A DNA stretch of 64,000 nucleotides from Malacoraja senta (taxonomy: Eukaryota), in NCBI GenBank assembly GCA_038087875.1, contig CM075999.1:248001-312000 (forward strand), read 5' to 3'. The position numbers and the translations under genes are program-made. The notes beneath the pieces are model-generated. The model saw only the letters and a list, made by a program, of their open reading frames with translations, ran no database searches and was not told the origin of the DNA. Below, one piece after another: positions 26,049-38,815 of the stretch. Numbering within the stretch: position 1 is the stretch's first letter; each line of letters begins with the position of its first letter.

Positions 26049-29000
26049 AATCAGTCAGAAGTTTCTGATGATCTACATTTAGGCCTGGTTCGGTGCCACG
26101 GAGGCGCCTGGGAAGGACCCAGCAGCGATAGTGGAAAGGTCGGTGCGAGGGTCGATGATGGCGCCGGACGAGGTCGGACCATGTGGAAGTGAGGACGCCG
26201 CTGCTAGTGGAAGGAACAAAGCAGGACCCGGCGTGGGGGGGTCGCCGTGAGGGAGGGAGGGGTGGGAGAACAAAGGAGGACCTGACGGGGATACTTTGTA
26301 ACTTTGGAAGCATCCTTTATGGGTGACTATTTACATACCTTGGGTATGCAAGCAAAGAATTTCACTGTTCATTAATTCCGTCATTCATTCATTTGCAAAA
26401 GCCTGTATTGCACCGCAGTGCTCTTTGCTAATTTCAGATCACCGAGGACGTGGCTGGTCAAATAAAAAAGTCACCCATCTGTAACAAAAATAGGTAGCCT
26501 TTGATGATTTGTTCTTTTGTTAAATTTTCTCTGTAAATAGCTCACAGTTTAACCGGACGATGAGACAGGACCCATACATGCAGCAAACTTCCATATTCCG
26601 AGCACATTGCATTGTAAATATGGAATAATATAAATTTGTTTTTCTTCACTATGAAAATTTTGAAATTGTCATCAAATCACCAGATCAGACTCTGCACGGT
26701 TTAAAGAAATAAAGGCATCAACCTGACATCAGTTTGACATAAGGTTCACATTAAAGGAAGACAGTTTGACAAACTGCTCCACTGATCTCTTCAGAGGTTC
26801 ACCGTGTGAGGATAAAAGATATCTTGCCAAGCTTGGACTAACCAATCATCCCAATTATGTTTCATACGCCAATAGCACATGGAGCGAGTATTTGTGGAGA
26901 TGAGTAACATGTATTGGCTGATGTAGTCTCAATGCTCGTCCATAATCAAATATCAGGGTTCCACCAGAAGAACTGTATTTGAACTGGATTATGGGGGTAT
27001 TAGCTACAAGGAGAGGTTGGACAAATTTGATTGTTTTCTCTGGAACGCTGGATGTGGAGGAATAGAAGTATATAAAATCATGAGAGGCATGGATAAGGTT
27101 GACATTCAGAACCTTTTTCCCTAGGTGGAAATGTCAAAGACTAGAGGAAAAAACTTTAAGGTGAGATGGGCAAAGTTTAAATGTGTGAGGCAAGTTGTTT
27201 TTGCACAGAGGTTGGTGTGTGGTGAGAATGTGCTGCCAGGGACGGCGGTGGAGGCAGATATGATAGTGGCATTGCAGAGGCTTTTATATAGGCACCTGGA
27301 TAAACAGGCAATAGAGCGGTATGAATCACAGGTGGGCAGATGAGATTAGTTTAACTTGCCATGATGGATTTTGTACAGACAGGCTGGGTCAAAAGTCCTG
27401 TTCCTGTGCTGTACATATGTTGTATGAATGTAATTAACTTCTTCCATAACCTAGTACATTTACATTACAAAGCTTCACCAAAACATTTGTTCCATAATTA
27501 ACGTAGTTACAAAAATATGAACAACATAGATGCAGTCAATATTCTCAAAGTAATATTTTCATTTATAAACCATCTAAACCCAGAAGCAGTAAGAATAAAT
27601 GTTTGTGGAACTCTTTGCTGACAGATGAGTTTTGGTATAGGTTCTTGATCAGGGTGTTCCCAAACTGGCACTTTTATTCAACCGGAGAACAGCTAAGTGT
27701 AAATGCATTACCCTCTAAAGCCCATTGCCAGTGTAGCTGTAAAAACTCTGCCTCGCGCAGAGCCCCCACGTACTAATGATGTATTCCCGATCTCCCAATC
27801 TACCTCATTGCACTTTTTTTTATCTGCACTTTCTTTTTAGCTGTAACACTATATTCTGCACTCCTTATGTTCTACCTGTGGTATTCATGTGGTATGATTG
27901 TACTTGCGGGTGGTATGATTGGACTGGATAGCACATAAAACAAAGCTTTTCACTGCATGTCAGTACATGTGACAACAATAAACCAATACCATACAACTAT
28001 ATATGTAATGACAATGAGTTAAAGACAAAGCTGGTAATTAAACATCAACCCTCGAATACTTATGCCTATGTGTAAAGATGTTTCCAAATATTTGTATCAT
28101 GCAAATATAATTTAAAACCCAAACTAATATTTACTATCATGTTTTTGTAAATTATACCATTTAACATTTCTATGCTGACTTCTGTGCTGGATGGCTTGTT
28201 TCATTATAATTATATAGAAGTGGTCGCATGCAAACAAGCTATTTGGCAGAATGAGTCTTTGCCGTTTTTTATGCATCACACATGCATTTTACTGTCATCC
28301 ACCTACACCATACTTCTCCTAAACAGAACCATTTCTTTCCATTTACTCCCAGTCTTAATTTGTAGTTGGCACAGACACGATGGGCCGAAGGGCCTGTTTC
28401 TAAGCTATGCTGCTCTCCATTCTGAGTTGTCTCACTTACTCCAGAAAGTATGAAACCATGCCAAGACTAAAATACTAAAAGCATGCAACATTAAATTTAT
28501 ATAATTATCTAAAATGATTTAATTAATGGAAATTTCTTAAAATACAGTATTCCCCTGGAGTTCTCTGATAATGTAATGGGTGACACAATGGCACAGCTGG
28601 CAGAGCCATTACTTCATGAACGTCAGAGGCCCGGGATCAATCCTGGCCTCAGCTCCTGTTTATGTGGACTCTGTATGTTCTCCAAGGACCGTGTAGATTT
28701 CCTCCCACATTTGTATATACAATTATGAGAGACATAGATAAGGTAGAGAGTGTGAACCATTTTCCCAGTGTGTAATGTCCAACACTGGGGGGCATAGTTA
28801 TAGGATGAGAGGAGAAAGTTTAATGGAGATGTGCAGTGCAGAGAGTATTTGGGGCCTGGAAGACATTGCCAGGGGTGGTGGTGAAGGCAGATAGGAGAGT
28901 GGCGTTCAAGAGGCTTTTATATAAGCACATAAAAGTGCAGGGAATAGAGGGATATGAATCATATACAGGCAGATGAGATCAGTTTAACTTGGCATCATGT

Positions 29001-29513
29001 TCTGCACAAACATTGTGGGCCGAAGGGCCTGTTCCTGTACTGTACTGTTCTAAGTATCCCAAAGACGTGCAGGTTTGTAGGTTAATTGACCTTTTTAAAT
29101 TGTCCCTAGTGTGTAGACGTGTGGTGGAATCTGGGAAGACATGATGAAAAAATAATGGGAATAGTATAAACTGGTGGTTGATAGCTAGCATGGACTCAGT
29201 AGGCTGAAGAGCTGTTTCCGTGCTGTTTCTCTTTGGGCATCTACATGGACAGGATAGGGTTTGAGGGATGTGGGTCAAACATGGTTAAATGGTTAGATGG
29301 GGCATCTTGGTTGACATGGAGGAGTTGGGCCGAAGGGCCTGTTGCTATGCTGTAAGACTCTATGACTCTAATAGCTTCTAGTATATTGGTTAACGATATC
29401 AAATAACAAAGAGTCTTCCGCATGTTTTGATTGATCTACTTTTCACGGGCTACAAGGAAAATTTCATCATGTTGATGGAAATATCTGTAAGGAGTTAACT
29501 TCTTGACACTTCT

Positions 29514-31581
29514 TTTTTAAAAATATTTTATTTATTAGAAGTACGTTACATTTTGATGGTACCTATTTACAAGTTCCCAGAATTATTAAAACATTCTATG
29601 TACAACTTCCTTTTTTTTTTAGAAAGAAATGAGAAAGAAAGAAGTAGTGAAGAGTAAAGAAAAGTCTAGTGAGTGTGAGGTAAAGAAAAGAAATAAGTAA
29701 GAAAGTGAAGCAGAAAGGAGATTCTCCCTCTCCACAAGTCGATGCTTTTTTATGTTCTTAATCATTTTTCGCCCAAACCCAGAATTTTTTAATTTTACAA
29801 TAATATTGCACAAACATGAATCCACAAGGTCAATAAATGGAGACCAACTCGTTAAGAATTGGTCTTGTTTATCTATTAGGAGGAGTCTCATTTCTTCCAA
29901 GTGGGCAGTTTCCAACATATTACCAATCCACATTTTGAGTGTTGGTATAGTAGCATTTTTCCAAAATTTAAGTATGATTTTTTTTGCTGTTATTAAACCA
30001 TAATTAAAAAATGAAATTTGGGATATATTTAATTTGTTTCCATCTCCTATTACTCCGAAGATAATCATTTCCATATTAGGTTCCATTTTTATCTTAAATA
30101 AACTAGTAAATATATTAAATATATCACACCGAAATCCATGAAGTTTTGTGCAAGAAACGAAAGAATGTGTGATATTATAGCAGCACCGAACGTGGTGAAT
30201 AAAGGTGAGACGTCAGGCCGGTTCAAAGAGTCGTTTATTCAGTGCTGACACGTTAGGTTGGTGCCGAATATCATAACAGTGTTGCTGTAGCTGAGCGAGG
30301 TTGTTCCCTCGGGCTCAGCTACCGGTTGAACACCTGGTGGTCTCCAGGTGAGATGACCTTAAGTACCAGGACACTCCCTCTAGCCCATGATGTCACATGC
30401 CCGCCCTCGTACTTCCTGACGAGGGTTCGAGCATAAGTGGCCCGTGTATAGGCTGCCGCCACAATATTGGCATTTTGAGAAAGACATTTATCACAGATGG
30501 GAGAAAGATTTGAATAAAAGTTATTCAACCTAACTTTTGAATAATATAATCTATGTAATATTTTAAATTGTATTAAATTATGTCTAGCGTTAATCGAACA
30601 TTTATGTATATATATCAAATACCTCTCCCATGTTTCTTTAGGAATTTTTGTCATTAATTCTTTTTCCCAGTCTTCTCTAATTGCCTCTGTTGATGGCAAT
30701 TCTCTATTAAGAATACTATTATATAAATATGATATTAATTTTTGTGAGTCCGCCTTAATATGTATTGCTTCTTCCAGTGGGTCTATCATTATGCTCTGTA
30801 GTCTTGGTATATATTTTTTTATAAAGTCACATATCTGTAAATATTTAAAGTATTGGTTATTATTCAGATTAAATTTTGATTTTAATTGTTGAAATGATAC
30901 AAAATTTCCCATTTCATACATGTCACCCACCTTTTTAATTCCCAATCTTTCCCATTGTCTATATGTTTTATCAATAAAAGATGGTTTAAATACCAGATTA
31001 TTCACTATTGGTGTTAATGATGATAAGTTCCTTAATTTTAAAGTTAATTTTATTTGTTTCCAAATTCGAATTATATTATGTATAATTGGATTCTTCTTAT
31101 ATAATGTATTATTCAATTTTATCGGGGAGAAGAGGATCGCTCCTAAATCGTACGGAAAACAATCCTCTTTCTCCATTCTTATCCATTCCATCTGTTGACA
31201 AGGGTCGTCCAACCAGTAAATGATATTCTTAATATGCACTGCCCAATAATAATATTAAAAATGAGGCAGTGCAAGTCTCCCTACATCTTTAGGTTTACAC
31301 AGATGATTTCTTTTAATTCTATGTGCTTTATAGTCCCAAATAAAATTAGTAATATTAGAGTCTAGTTTTTTTAAGAAATATTTTGGTATATATATATTGG
31401 TATGGATTGAAATAAATAAATTATTTGTGGTAGAACTATCATTTTTATAGCATTTATTCTGCCAATTAATGATAGTGGGAGCGATTTCCAAAATTTAATC
31501 AGAGCGTTCAATTTATTTAATAAGGGACTAAAATTAGCATTAAATAATTATTTATATCTTCTCGTAACTTGAATACCTAAA
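29514..31581 (-). mobile_element. 5'-truncated L1-clade LINE (ORF2 C-terminal half plus 3' UTR and A-rich tail), flanked by 192-bp direct repeats
   Basis: ORFs 31255-31491, 30319-31239 and 29619-30086 encode L1 ORF2 motifs (NFIW..RIK..LCKPK..G.LALP; LIQFKILHRLYY; CDKC..H..C zinc knuckle). A-rich tail at 29514. Confidence 0.9.
30176..30463 (-). mobile_element. 288-bp solo-LTR-like insertion within the L1, 4-bp ATAT TSD
   Basis: Ends tatagcagcacc...gctgccgccaca form an imperfect inverted repeat with TG..CA-like termini. ATAT at 30172-30175 and 30464-30467. Removing it restores the L1 frame (SQNANITHSFVSC). Confidence 0.75.
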
Positions 31582-32421
31582 GAGTTAGGCCGAAGGGCCT
31601 GTTGCTATGCTGTAAGACTCTATGACTCTAATAGCTTCTAGTATATTGGTTAACGATATCAAATAACAAAGAGTGTTCCGCATGTTTTGATTGATCTACT
31701 TTTCACGGGCTTCAAGGAAAAATTCATCATGTTGATGGAAATATCTGAAAGGAGTTAACTTCTTGACACTTCTGAACCCTTCACTTCTGAACATTCTGGC
31801 TTCAGGTGTTTAAACATTCCCCATTCAGTTTGAGCATGTTTTGTGGTAAAATTAGATTCCTGTGGTAGATTATAACCAGGGTCGATGTATTTTTAGTACC
31901 ACGGGAGAAGTATTGCATTGCTTCCAGTATGCATTGACGAATTGCACTTTCAATTACTTAAATGTCGAAGAGGCTCATATTGCATCCTGACTTTAGGCTG
32001 TCAAGGTTTCAATATTGTGCTTCTAACTCCAGTTTCACCCAATGTGGCAAAGTCTTACCCCTGGATGGGGATTGAGGCAAAGGTTCCATATTAAGATACT
32101 CCACCTACCAAATCATTTTACGTCACCTTATCATGACCTGATTTGGGGGCTAGATGGAACGCCCAGTTCAAAATATTAACTCATAAACCAAATTTAAAAA
32201 AAAGATCCCCTAAAATATGAGGTTGCCTTTTCTTGGATTTCTTGTGATGCATTCGATTTCATGGGTTTGGGGACTCAGTAAAAAAAAAAAAAAAACTTAA
32301 ATATTCTATCGGTGACCCACTAAAGTTACTGAACAATCAAAGTTAGGGCATTAAAACACAATGAGCTGCAGATGCCAGTTTACAAAAAAAACCAGTAGCT
32401 TAGCGGGTCAGTGCAAAGGCA

Positions 32422-32550
32422 GTGGGGGGGGGGGGGGGATGAGATGGAAGAGGGAGGGAAAAGAGGGGGGTGGAGGAGGAGGTGAGGGGAGAGAGAGAGA
32501 GCGAGAGAGAGAGCAGGGGGGGGGGAGAGGGAGAAAGGCAGAAAGAGAGA
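32422..32550 (+). repeat. Purine-rich G/GA low-complexity tract
   Basis: Base composition. Confidence 0.9.
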
Positions 32551-32936
32551 TAAACATTGTATATCTACAGTTCTAGTTGCTATATGGCTCATTCACAGCC
32601 ACACTGACTGCTTAACCACCCACAAGCCAAGTGACCAGCTTCCAGTTTTATTTCTTGTCACAGGAAAACCAGCATGTGTGGTATATGGTACGCATGGAAC
32701 CAGAACCAAAGGATCAATGCACGGCTTGCATTTATATATTGTCTTTCATGATCATTGGAAGATCCATAGATTTTTCCAATCAGTGAGGTTTTGGTCGTGG
32801 TTTATTACAATCACATATGTGGAGGTTCAGCGGAAAAACTGTGTGGGGCATCCGGTCAATTCATACTATACCCGAGTACAATCAAGCCATCTACAACAAA
32901 GAGAAAAACACCAGAGCACAGAATACAGTCTTATAG

Positions 32937-33981
32937 TAGCAATGTTACAAAATTTTGAGATTTTAAAAATCAATTCTGCAATTTATCCCATCAGATAAAG
33001 CATAAAAAGAAGTTTAATTTGACACCTAATTCACTTTCATATCTTCAGTATTAAAAAGGTTATGGCCATTTTCATACTCGGAAATTAGCATCTTGTTCCC
33101 TATTACTTTTCCATTGACTTAACACAAAAGCTGTGATCAAGGACAGTCAAAAGCCCATAACTTTCTTAAAAATTAAGAGAACTTAATGAAATTTTCAGTT
33201 ATTATAGATTGAAGTATTCTGAAACAAATATGAAACAATCTTACTTGGATGACCTGAAATTAAAGCATATAATTAGTTAGTTACCCAATTGTAGCTAATT
33301 ACAAAATTCAATTACTAGATCTAAATATCTATCCATTTCTTAAGAAAAAGTTAACATTTTTTAAAATCCTAAGTGTCCAAATAACATTCACACAAGAATT
33401 CACAATATAACATTATTTTTAAATCTCATTGTCATTAATTTATAGGCCAAATGGAAGGAATTTAGTGTTTAATTCCTGTAAATTAATGGGCATTTAAATC
33501 ATCTTGCGAGTGGGATTTTGTGGAACGCGCTGGTTTGGAACGTTGCGGTTGCAGTGAATTAAACCCCAATAACGGCAGGAAAAATACTGCCGGTTCGTAT
33601 ATTTACATAGTCACATTTTCGCAACTTGTAATTTTAATTAAAGGCATCCTAAGAAGCAACTTTATATGAAAAAATAAACGGCCCACCTTGCCTTGTCCCG
33701 TGCGTGAAATCCGTCCCCGTTGTTGGCGTTGACGGCATTTGAAGATGATTTTAATTTTACTACAACAATTTAATTATCCAGCGCTAATTTTAATAAACTT
33801 AATAAAACGGCAGTCAAGGCGATTTTTCTTTAGCAGCTAATTTACCTGACAGACATCGATTTGAATAGGCTGCCGAAATATCGCATTTTAAACCCGCCCC
33901 CCTCTCAAAGGCGTCAAAGTCGCGCACACGGGCAGTGACAGAACTGCAGCGCCGCTGCAGGTAAGTTTTGTAACATACCTA
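32937..33981 (-). mobile_element. Second copy of the same DNA transposon, in inverted orientation
   Basis: Reverse-complement homology to 24705-25746. TSD cttatag (32930-32936) / cttatgg (33982-33988). Confidence 0.85.
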
Positions 33982-34531
33982 CTTATGGTATTACATTTAC
34001 AGAGACAGTGCATAGAAAAAGTGCAAGGTATGTAACCAGGTGTGTTGGAAGATCAGGACATAGGCTAGCTCATGGGAGAACCACTCAAAAGTGTGGCCAC
34101 CATGTTAATGTAGGAAACAGAGTTCAAACCGGCACGGAACAAAACCAAATACTACCCAGGGCATTGGTCACAAAGGGAGAAGTTGTTTTGTTATTGGATA
34201 ATTCCTTTAAGAATTGTTGAATTCATGTTATAGAGTTAAACAACACACAATCAGGCCCTTTGGGTTATCATGGCCATGGCGACCAAGATGCCCCATCTAC
34301 ACTGGTCCCACCTGCCCATATCCCTCTAAACCTTTCCTATACATGTACCTGTCAAAATGTTTTTTTAATTTCCATCAAGACTATACAATAGAGCAGCGTT
34401 AGATCACCCCCCCCCCCTCCCCCTTGGCACTTTTCTCACTAATTAGTTGTAGGGCTGGTTTTGTGGAGGAGTTGTGTGTCACGGTTATTTATAAATTAAA
34501 AACAAGTGGCTGAATCAACACTGAGTTTTGA

Positions 34532-34737
34532 CCTGTGTAGGAAGGAACTGCAGATGCTGCTTTACACCGAAGATAGACTCAAATTGCTGCAGTAACTCAA
34601 CAGGACAGGTAGCACCTCTGGAGAGAAGGAACGGGTGGCGTTTCTGAACAAGGGTCTCGATCCGAAACATCACCCATTCCGTCTATCCAGAGATGCTGCC
34701 TGCCCCGCTGGGTTACTCCAGCATTTTGTGCCTATCT
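34532..34737. mobile_element. Inverted pair of Penelope pLTR-derived short elements, 12-bp TSD
   Basis: Palindromic arms; actgagttttga at 34520-34531 and 34738-34749. Confidence 0.75.
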
Positions 34738-35431
34738 ACTGAGTTTTGATTTATTGGTTCTGTAACTAATCAAACTTTAATGCAACTTTTGACAGAGTTT
34801 GCCAAGAGCTATAAATGTGTAATTGTAAACCTATTTCAGGTGATGCCTGCTAGGCACAAGGCAAGTATGTTGAATGTGCTGGGGCAAATATTCCTTTGCT
34901 CATTTCCTTTGCATTTGTCTCAAAAAGAGAATGTTCTCTAGTTCACCATTTTTTCTTTAATATTTTCATTGTTTACTATAAATTATCTGTTAATTAAATT
35001 GTATAAAATCATTCTTGAATCTTTAAGATGCTCAGTTCAATCTTTTAATTTCTGCGCAATAGGAAATACTTGCATTCATAATTTAATATAGGGCATAAAT
35101 ATTTAGGAAGCAATATTTGAAACAAACATTTTCTTTTTCTTTTACAGGATAAAAATTCATACATTATGTAGACTTTGGGATAGTTGTAAATATGACTTCT
35201 TACTGCCCCCTTGTGTAGTTTGCATGCATTGCACCCTGTCAAGTTGAGTTGACCAGTTTGTCAGCGGAGGGCTCAGACAGACCTCGAGGGTGTAACCACC
35301 ACTGATTAAGTGAAACATCCTCTGCTGCAGGAGCAGTTGTCTCCACACTTATCTCCATTCCCATCATAAACATACCATCAACTGCTATCTGTTTGACCAA
35401 TTACAGCGTCTGTGTTTGTCAGCTTATCCTG

Positions 35432-35745
35432 GCAGCACAGTGGTGCAGCTGGTACGGTTGCTGCCTCACAGCACCAGAGACCCGGGATCGATCCTGACCT
35501 CAGGTGCTGTCTGTGTGGAGTATGCACGCTCTCCCTGTGACCGCGCGAGTTTCCTCCGGGTGCTGAAGTTCGCACTCACATTCCAAAGACATGTGGGTTT
35601 GTAGGTTAATTGGTCACTGTAAATTGCCCCTAGTGTGTTGGGAGTGGATGAGAAAGTGGGATAACATAGAACTAGTGGGAACAGTTGATCAATGGTTAGC
35701 ATGTACGGTGGCTAGAAGCACCATTTCCATGCTGCATCTCTAAAC
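35432..35745 (+). mobile_element. HE1-like tRNA-derived V-SINE (representative; further copies at about 480-778 -, 1640-1830 -, 14915-15110 +, 15680-15980 -, 20830-21012 +, 22545-22812 -, 23270-23535 -, 24085-24360 -, 29055-29235 +, 35870-36050 +, 48050-48310 -, 53845-54120 +)
   Basis: tRNA-like head with A and B boxes (tggtgcagctgg; gatcgatcc), central domain (tgtgtggagt..gcacg..ctccctgtgacc) and CR1-like tail. Confidence 0.85.
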
Positions 35746-36659
35746 TAGCCACATTGCAGGAAGTTAAAGCTTCCCAAAGTAAAGGATGTGATGCATTGGT
35801 CTGAAACAACATGGATTCATGACAAGGAAAACTTGTTTGATCTATTGGCATTTGAGGTGGTTCCAGCAGAACTCCAAGTGCTCTGGTTTCTGTCCCACAT
35901 CCAAAAGAGGTGTGTTTGTAGGTTAATTGGCCTCTAAATTCCCCCTAGTGTGTAGGGAGTGGATGTGAAAATGGGATAACAGAACGAGTGATCGATGGTA
36001 AGCATGGACTCAGTGGACCAAAGATCCTATTTTCATGCTGGTATCTCTAAACAATCCAGAGGACATTTAGCCAATGGGGTGTATGGTACATTCCATAGGA
36101 CCCACTCAAGACAATAGTGGACAAAGCTGGAGTAGTTGCAGTTGGAGGTTGCACTAGTTTGTGTGGACCTATTTGTGCACAAAACCAACAGTAGGAGTAA
36201 ATAGGTGCTACTTTGCTTGCTGGTCTATGACTGGGCTTTGCACCCACCCCTATCTACAACCATATTTTGGCTGAGGGGACAATGTATCTTTAGTTTCGTG
36301 TCATCAGAAGCAAAAGTGGGAATGCAAATGAGAATACAACAAGGCTTCCAAAGGACTGAACTAGCCGAGAGAGTGGACAACAATGACATGTGGAAAAATG
36401 CAACACTAACCATCTTGGCAGGGAATACGGCCCGAAACGTTGCCCATTTCCTACGCTCAATAGATGCTGCCGCATCCCCCCCGAGTCTCTCCAGCCCTTT
36501 TGTCTACCTTTGGCAGGAAATAAACAAATATAGACAACTGGGTGAGAGAGAGATTGGTTCATTTTGATATTCAATGGGATGACATCTTTCTGCATGTAAT
36601 TGGAAGCCAACAGGCAGGTAAAAGATAAATGGAAGACAAATAGAAGAGTACTGCATAGT

Positions 36660-37425
36660 TCAAGTTCACATTCACATTTGTCACACGCACCAATTGGTAC
36701 AGTGAAATTTGGGTTACCATACAGCCATACGAATAAAAAAACAAACAACACATAATAGAATTTAACATAGACATCCCCACACAGCAGAATCAGCGTTTTC
36801 CGCTGTGAGGGAAGGTAATAAAGTTCAGTCATCTTCCTCTTTGTTCACCCATGGTCGGGGCATCCCGAGCCCCCCCGCAGTCGCCGCTACCAGCGGAATG
36901 TAAGAACATTCTCAGTGGCTTGGAGTTCCGAATCGGCCGCTTCTTACCAGAGACCGCGGCTCTCGAAGTCCACAGGCCGAGCTGGGCGGATATTTCAACA
37001 CTGGCGGCCGTCGGCAAAGGGATCACCAGGACTCCGCAATGTTGAAGTCAGAGCCGCCCACGGCTGGAAGCACCGCAACCACAGCTCCATGGTGTTAAAC
37101 AGCAGTCCCAATACTCCGGAGCTTCAACAAGCGATGCCCCGGTAAGGCATCGCCCGCTCCGCGATGGTAAATCAGTGTTGCGCCGCTGCTGAAGCTCAGG
37201 TCTGTCTCCGGCAGCAAAGGCTAGGCCGCGAGGGGGGGGCGAAGATGCGACTCGGAGAATAGTCGAATCCTCGCCAGGAAGGGACTGAGACAAGGTTTTC
37301 CCCTTACCCTCCCCACATATAAAGACTAAGAAACCTGCAACATACTTTTTAAACAGACTAAAAATAGCAAAAAGATGAAAAAACAGACAGACTGTAAGCA
37401 GAGGCTGCCATCAAACGGCACCTTT
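36660..37425 (-). mobile_element. GC-rich non-autonomous retroelement with a Rex1/L2-type tail (related copy at about 61300-61890)
   Basis: Both share the ends tgtcaca..accaatt..ggtacagtga..ttaccatacagccatacg and acagacagact..gaggc; the middles are CpG-rich and divergent. Confidence 0.6.
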
Positions 37426-37599
37426 AGTAGGAACACTTTAGTAACGAGTATAGACACAATAAGCTGAAGTAACTTAGCGGGTCAGACAGCATCTATGGTG
37501 AAAAGGAACAGGTAACATTTCAGGTCGCTTTCTTTAGCAACAAATGATACATTAGCAAAATTTTCAATTAGACACCAATGGCGTAATGATGAATTGAAT

Positions 37600-37605
37600 T
37601 TTATT
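37600..37605 (-). terminator. Polyadenylation signal (AATAAA) candidate for the org-like gene
   Basis: Minus strand gggctttAATAAAattc lies at the end of a U-rich, repeat-free, UTR-like stretch (37.6-38.05 kb). Confidence 0.5.
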
Positions 37606-38068
37606 AAAGCCCAAATACAAAACTGAATTGCACAAAAGTCCAGTTGTTTCATATTACAAAGTTCACCTTCCTGGCAACACAATCACTTCTCAGCTTCTGC
37701 AAAACAAAAAAAGAATTTACCAGTGACAGAATATTTTCCAAGGCGACAGGCTAGAACCATGACAAAATAGTACATTAAATACAAAATAACATCGGATCCA
37801 AGTTCATTGGTAGAAAATGGGAAACTGTTAATCGCTGGAGAAACCAGTTTCTGGTTCTCCACACCCCAAGTCTCTCTTCATTACGGTAGAAATTTAAAAC
37901 ACATCCACTAATAACCAAGAGGTCTAGAAAGTGCCTAGTCCTGTCAAAAATTGTGCTGTAAACAACCGCACTTGACCTTCCTGGTAAAGGGATAAAATGG
38001 GCAAGGCAGACAATGGGTTAAAATGGAGAGTGGGCCAAGACCAATCAGCCCAAGATACAAGATGATCC

Positions 38069-38091
38069 TCAACCCTGGGTCAGGGGCCTCA
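38069..38091 (-). CDS. org: Candidate terminal coding exon of the org-like gene (VRPLTQG*); alternative acceptors exist
   Basis: Acceptor ttccatttgggtttcag|; the phase-1 reading stops at TGA 38071-38069. Followed by UTR-like sequence and AATAAA at 37605-37600. Competing acceptors at 38536 and 37980. Confidence 0.35.
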
Positions 38092-38760
38092 CTGAAACCC
38101 AAATGGAAAATGGATTCCACCAGTCAGTGACCGGTTGCAAATGAAGTGAGTCCATGTCTACTTGCTGCATAGCAACCAGTCCACTTACTCCATGGGAAGG
38201 TAAATGTAGAGAGAGCAGTTCAAAAAGGCATCAAAGGTTACAGGGAGAAGGCAGGAGAATGGGGATGAGAGAGAGAAAAATATATCAGCCATGATAGAAT
38301 GGTAGAGCAGACTCAATGGGCTGAATGGAGTAATTGTGCTCATCTGTCTTATGGTCTAAACGCATGTGCACAGCAACAGTGTCTTCAAAAACAAGGTAGA
38401 ACAAACATTCATTAATTGGTTAATGAGATCATGCAGAATTGCAGTTTATCACAGCAGTTGTCAATGAGAATATACAATTAGAGTGTTAAAAAAATGGATA
38501 AAGCAGAAGAGATGTAAACAAAATTAAATGTTAGATCTGACAAATGAAGTCAAGCAGCCTCCGATTTAACAAGGACAAGATGCTGGAATCTGGAACAAAA
38601 GGTGCTGGATGAACTCAGCAGGTCAGACGGCATCCATGGAGGAAATAGACAGATGATGTTTTGCGTCGGGACTCTTTAGATAATTTGAAGGGTGTGGAGG
38701 ATTGAAGGATTAATGTGTAGAAGGATAGCAAATGCATTGATGTCAATTTTTAAATCTTAC

Positions 38761-38815
38761 CTTCTGAACTGAGTCGGGTCTCGGCATCAGGGGAGGTTGC
38801 AACTTCTGCATTCTC
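38761..38815 (-). CDS. org: org-like gene, small coding exon (ENAEVATSPDAETRLSSE)
   Basis: Acceptor atttcctttgtatag|, donor GAAG|gtaaga. 55 nt, phase 0 to phase 1, open frame. Confidence 0.65.

Noticed and set aside
29322..31773. LTR retrotransposon with 192-bp LTRs
   Set aside because: The interior is L1 ORF2 with an A-tail. The repeats lack TG..CA ends and begin inside a CR1 tail, so they are duplicated target DNA.
24705..33981. A single 9.3-kb element with 1-kb TIRs (Polinton- or foldback-like)
   Set aside because: Each arm has its own TIRs and its own different TSD, and the interior is ordinary repeat-laden DNA.
35432..35505. tRNA genes
   Set aside because: The tRNA-like sequences are SINE heads followed by the SINE body.
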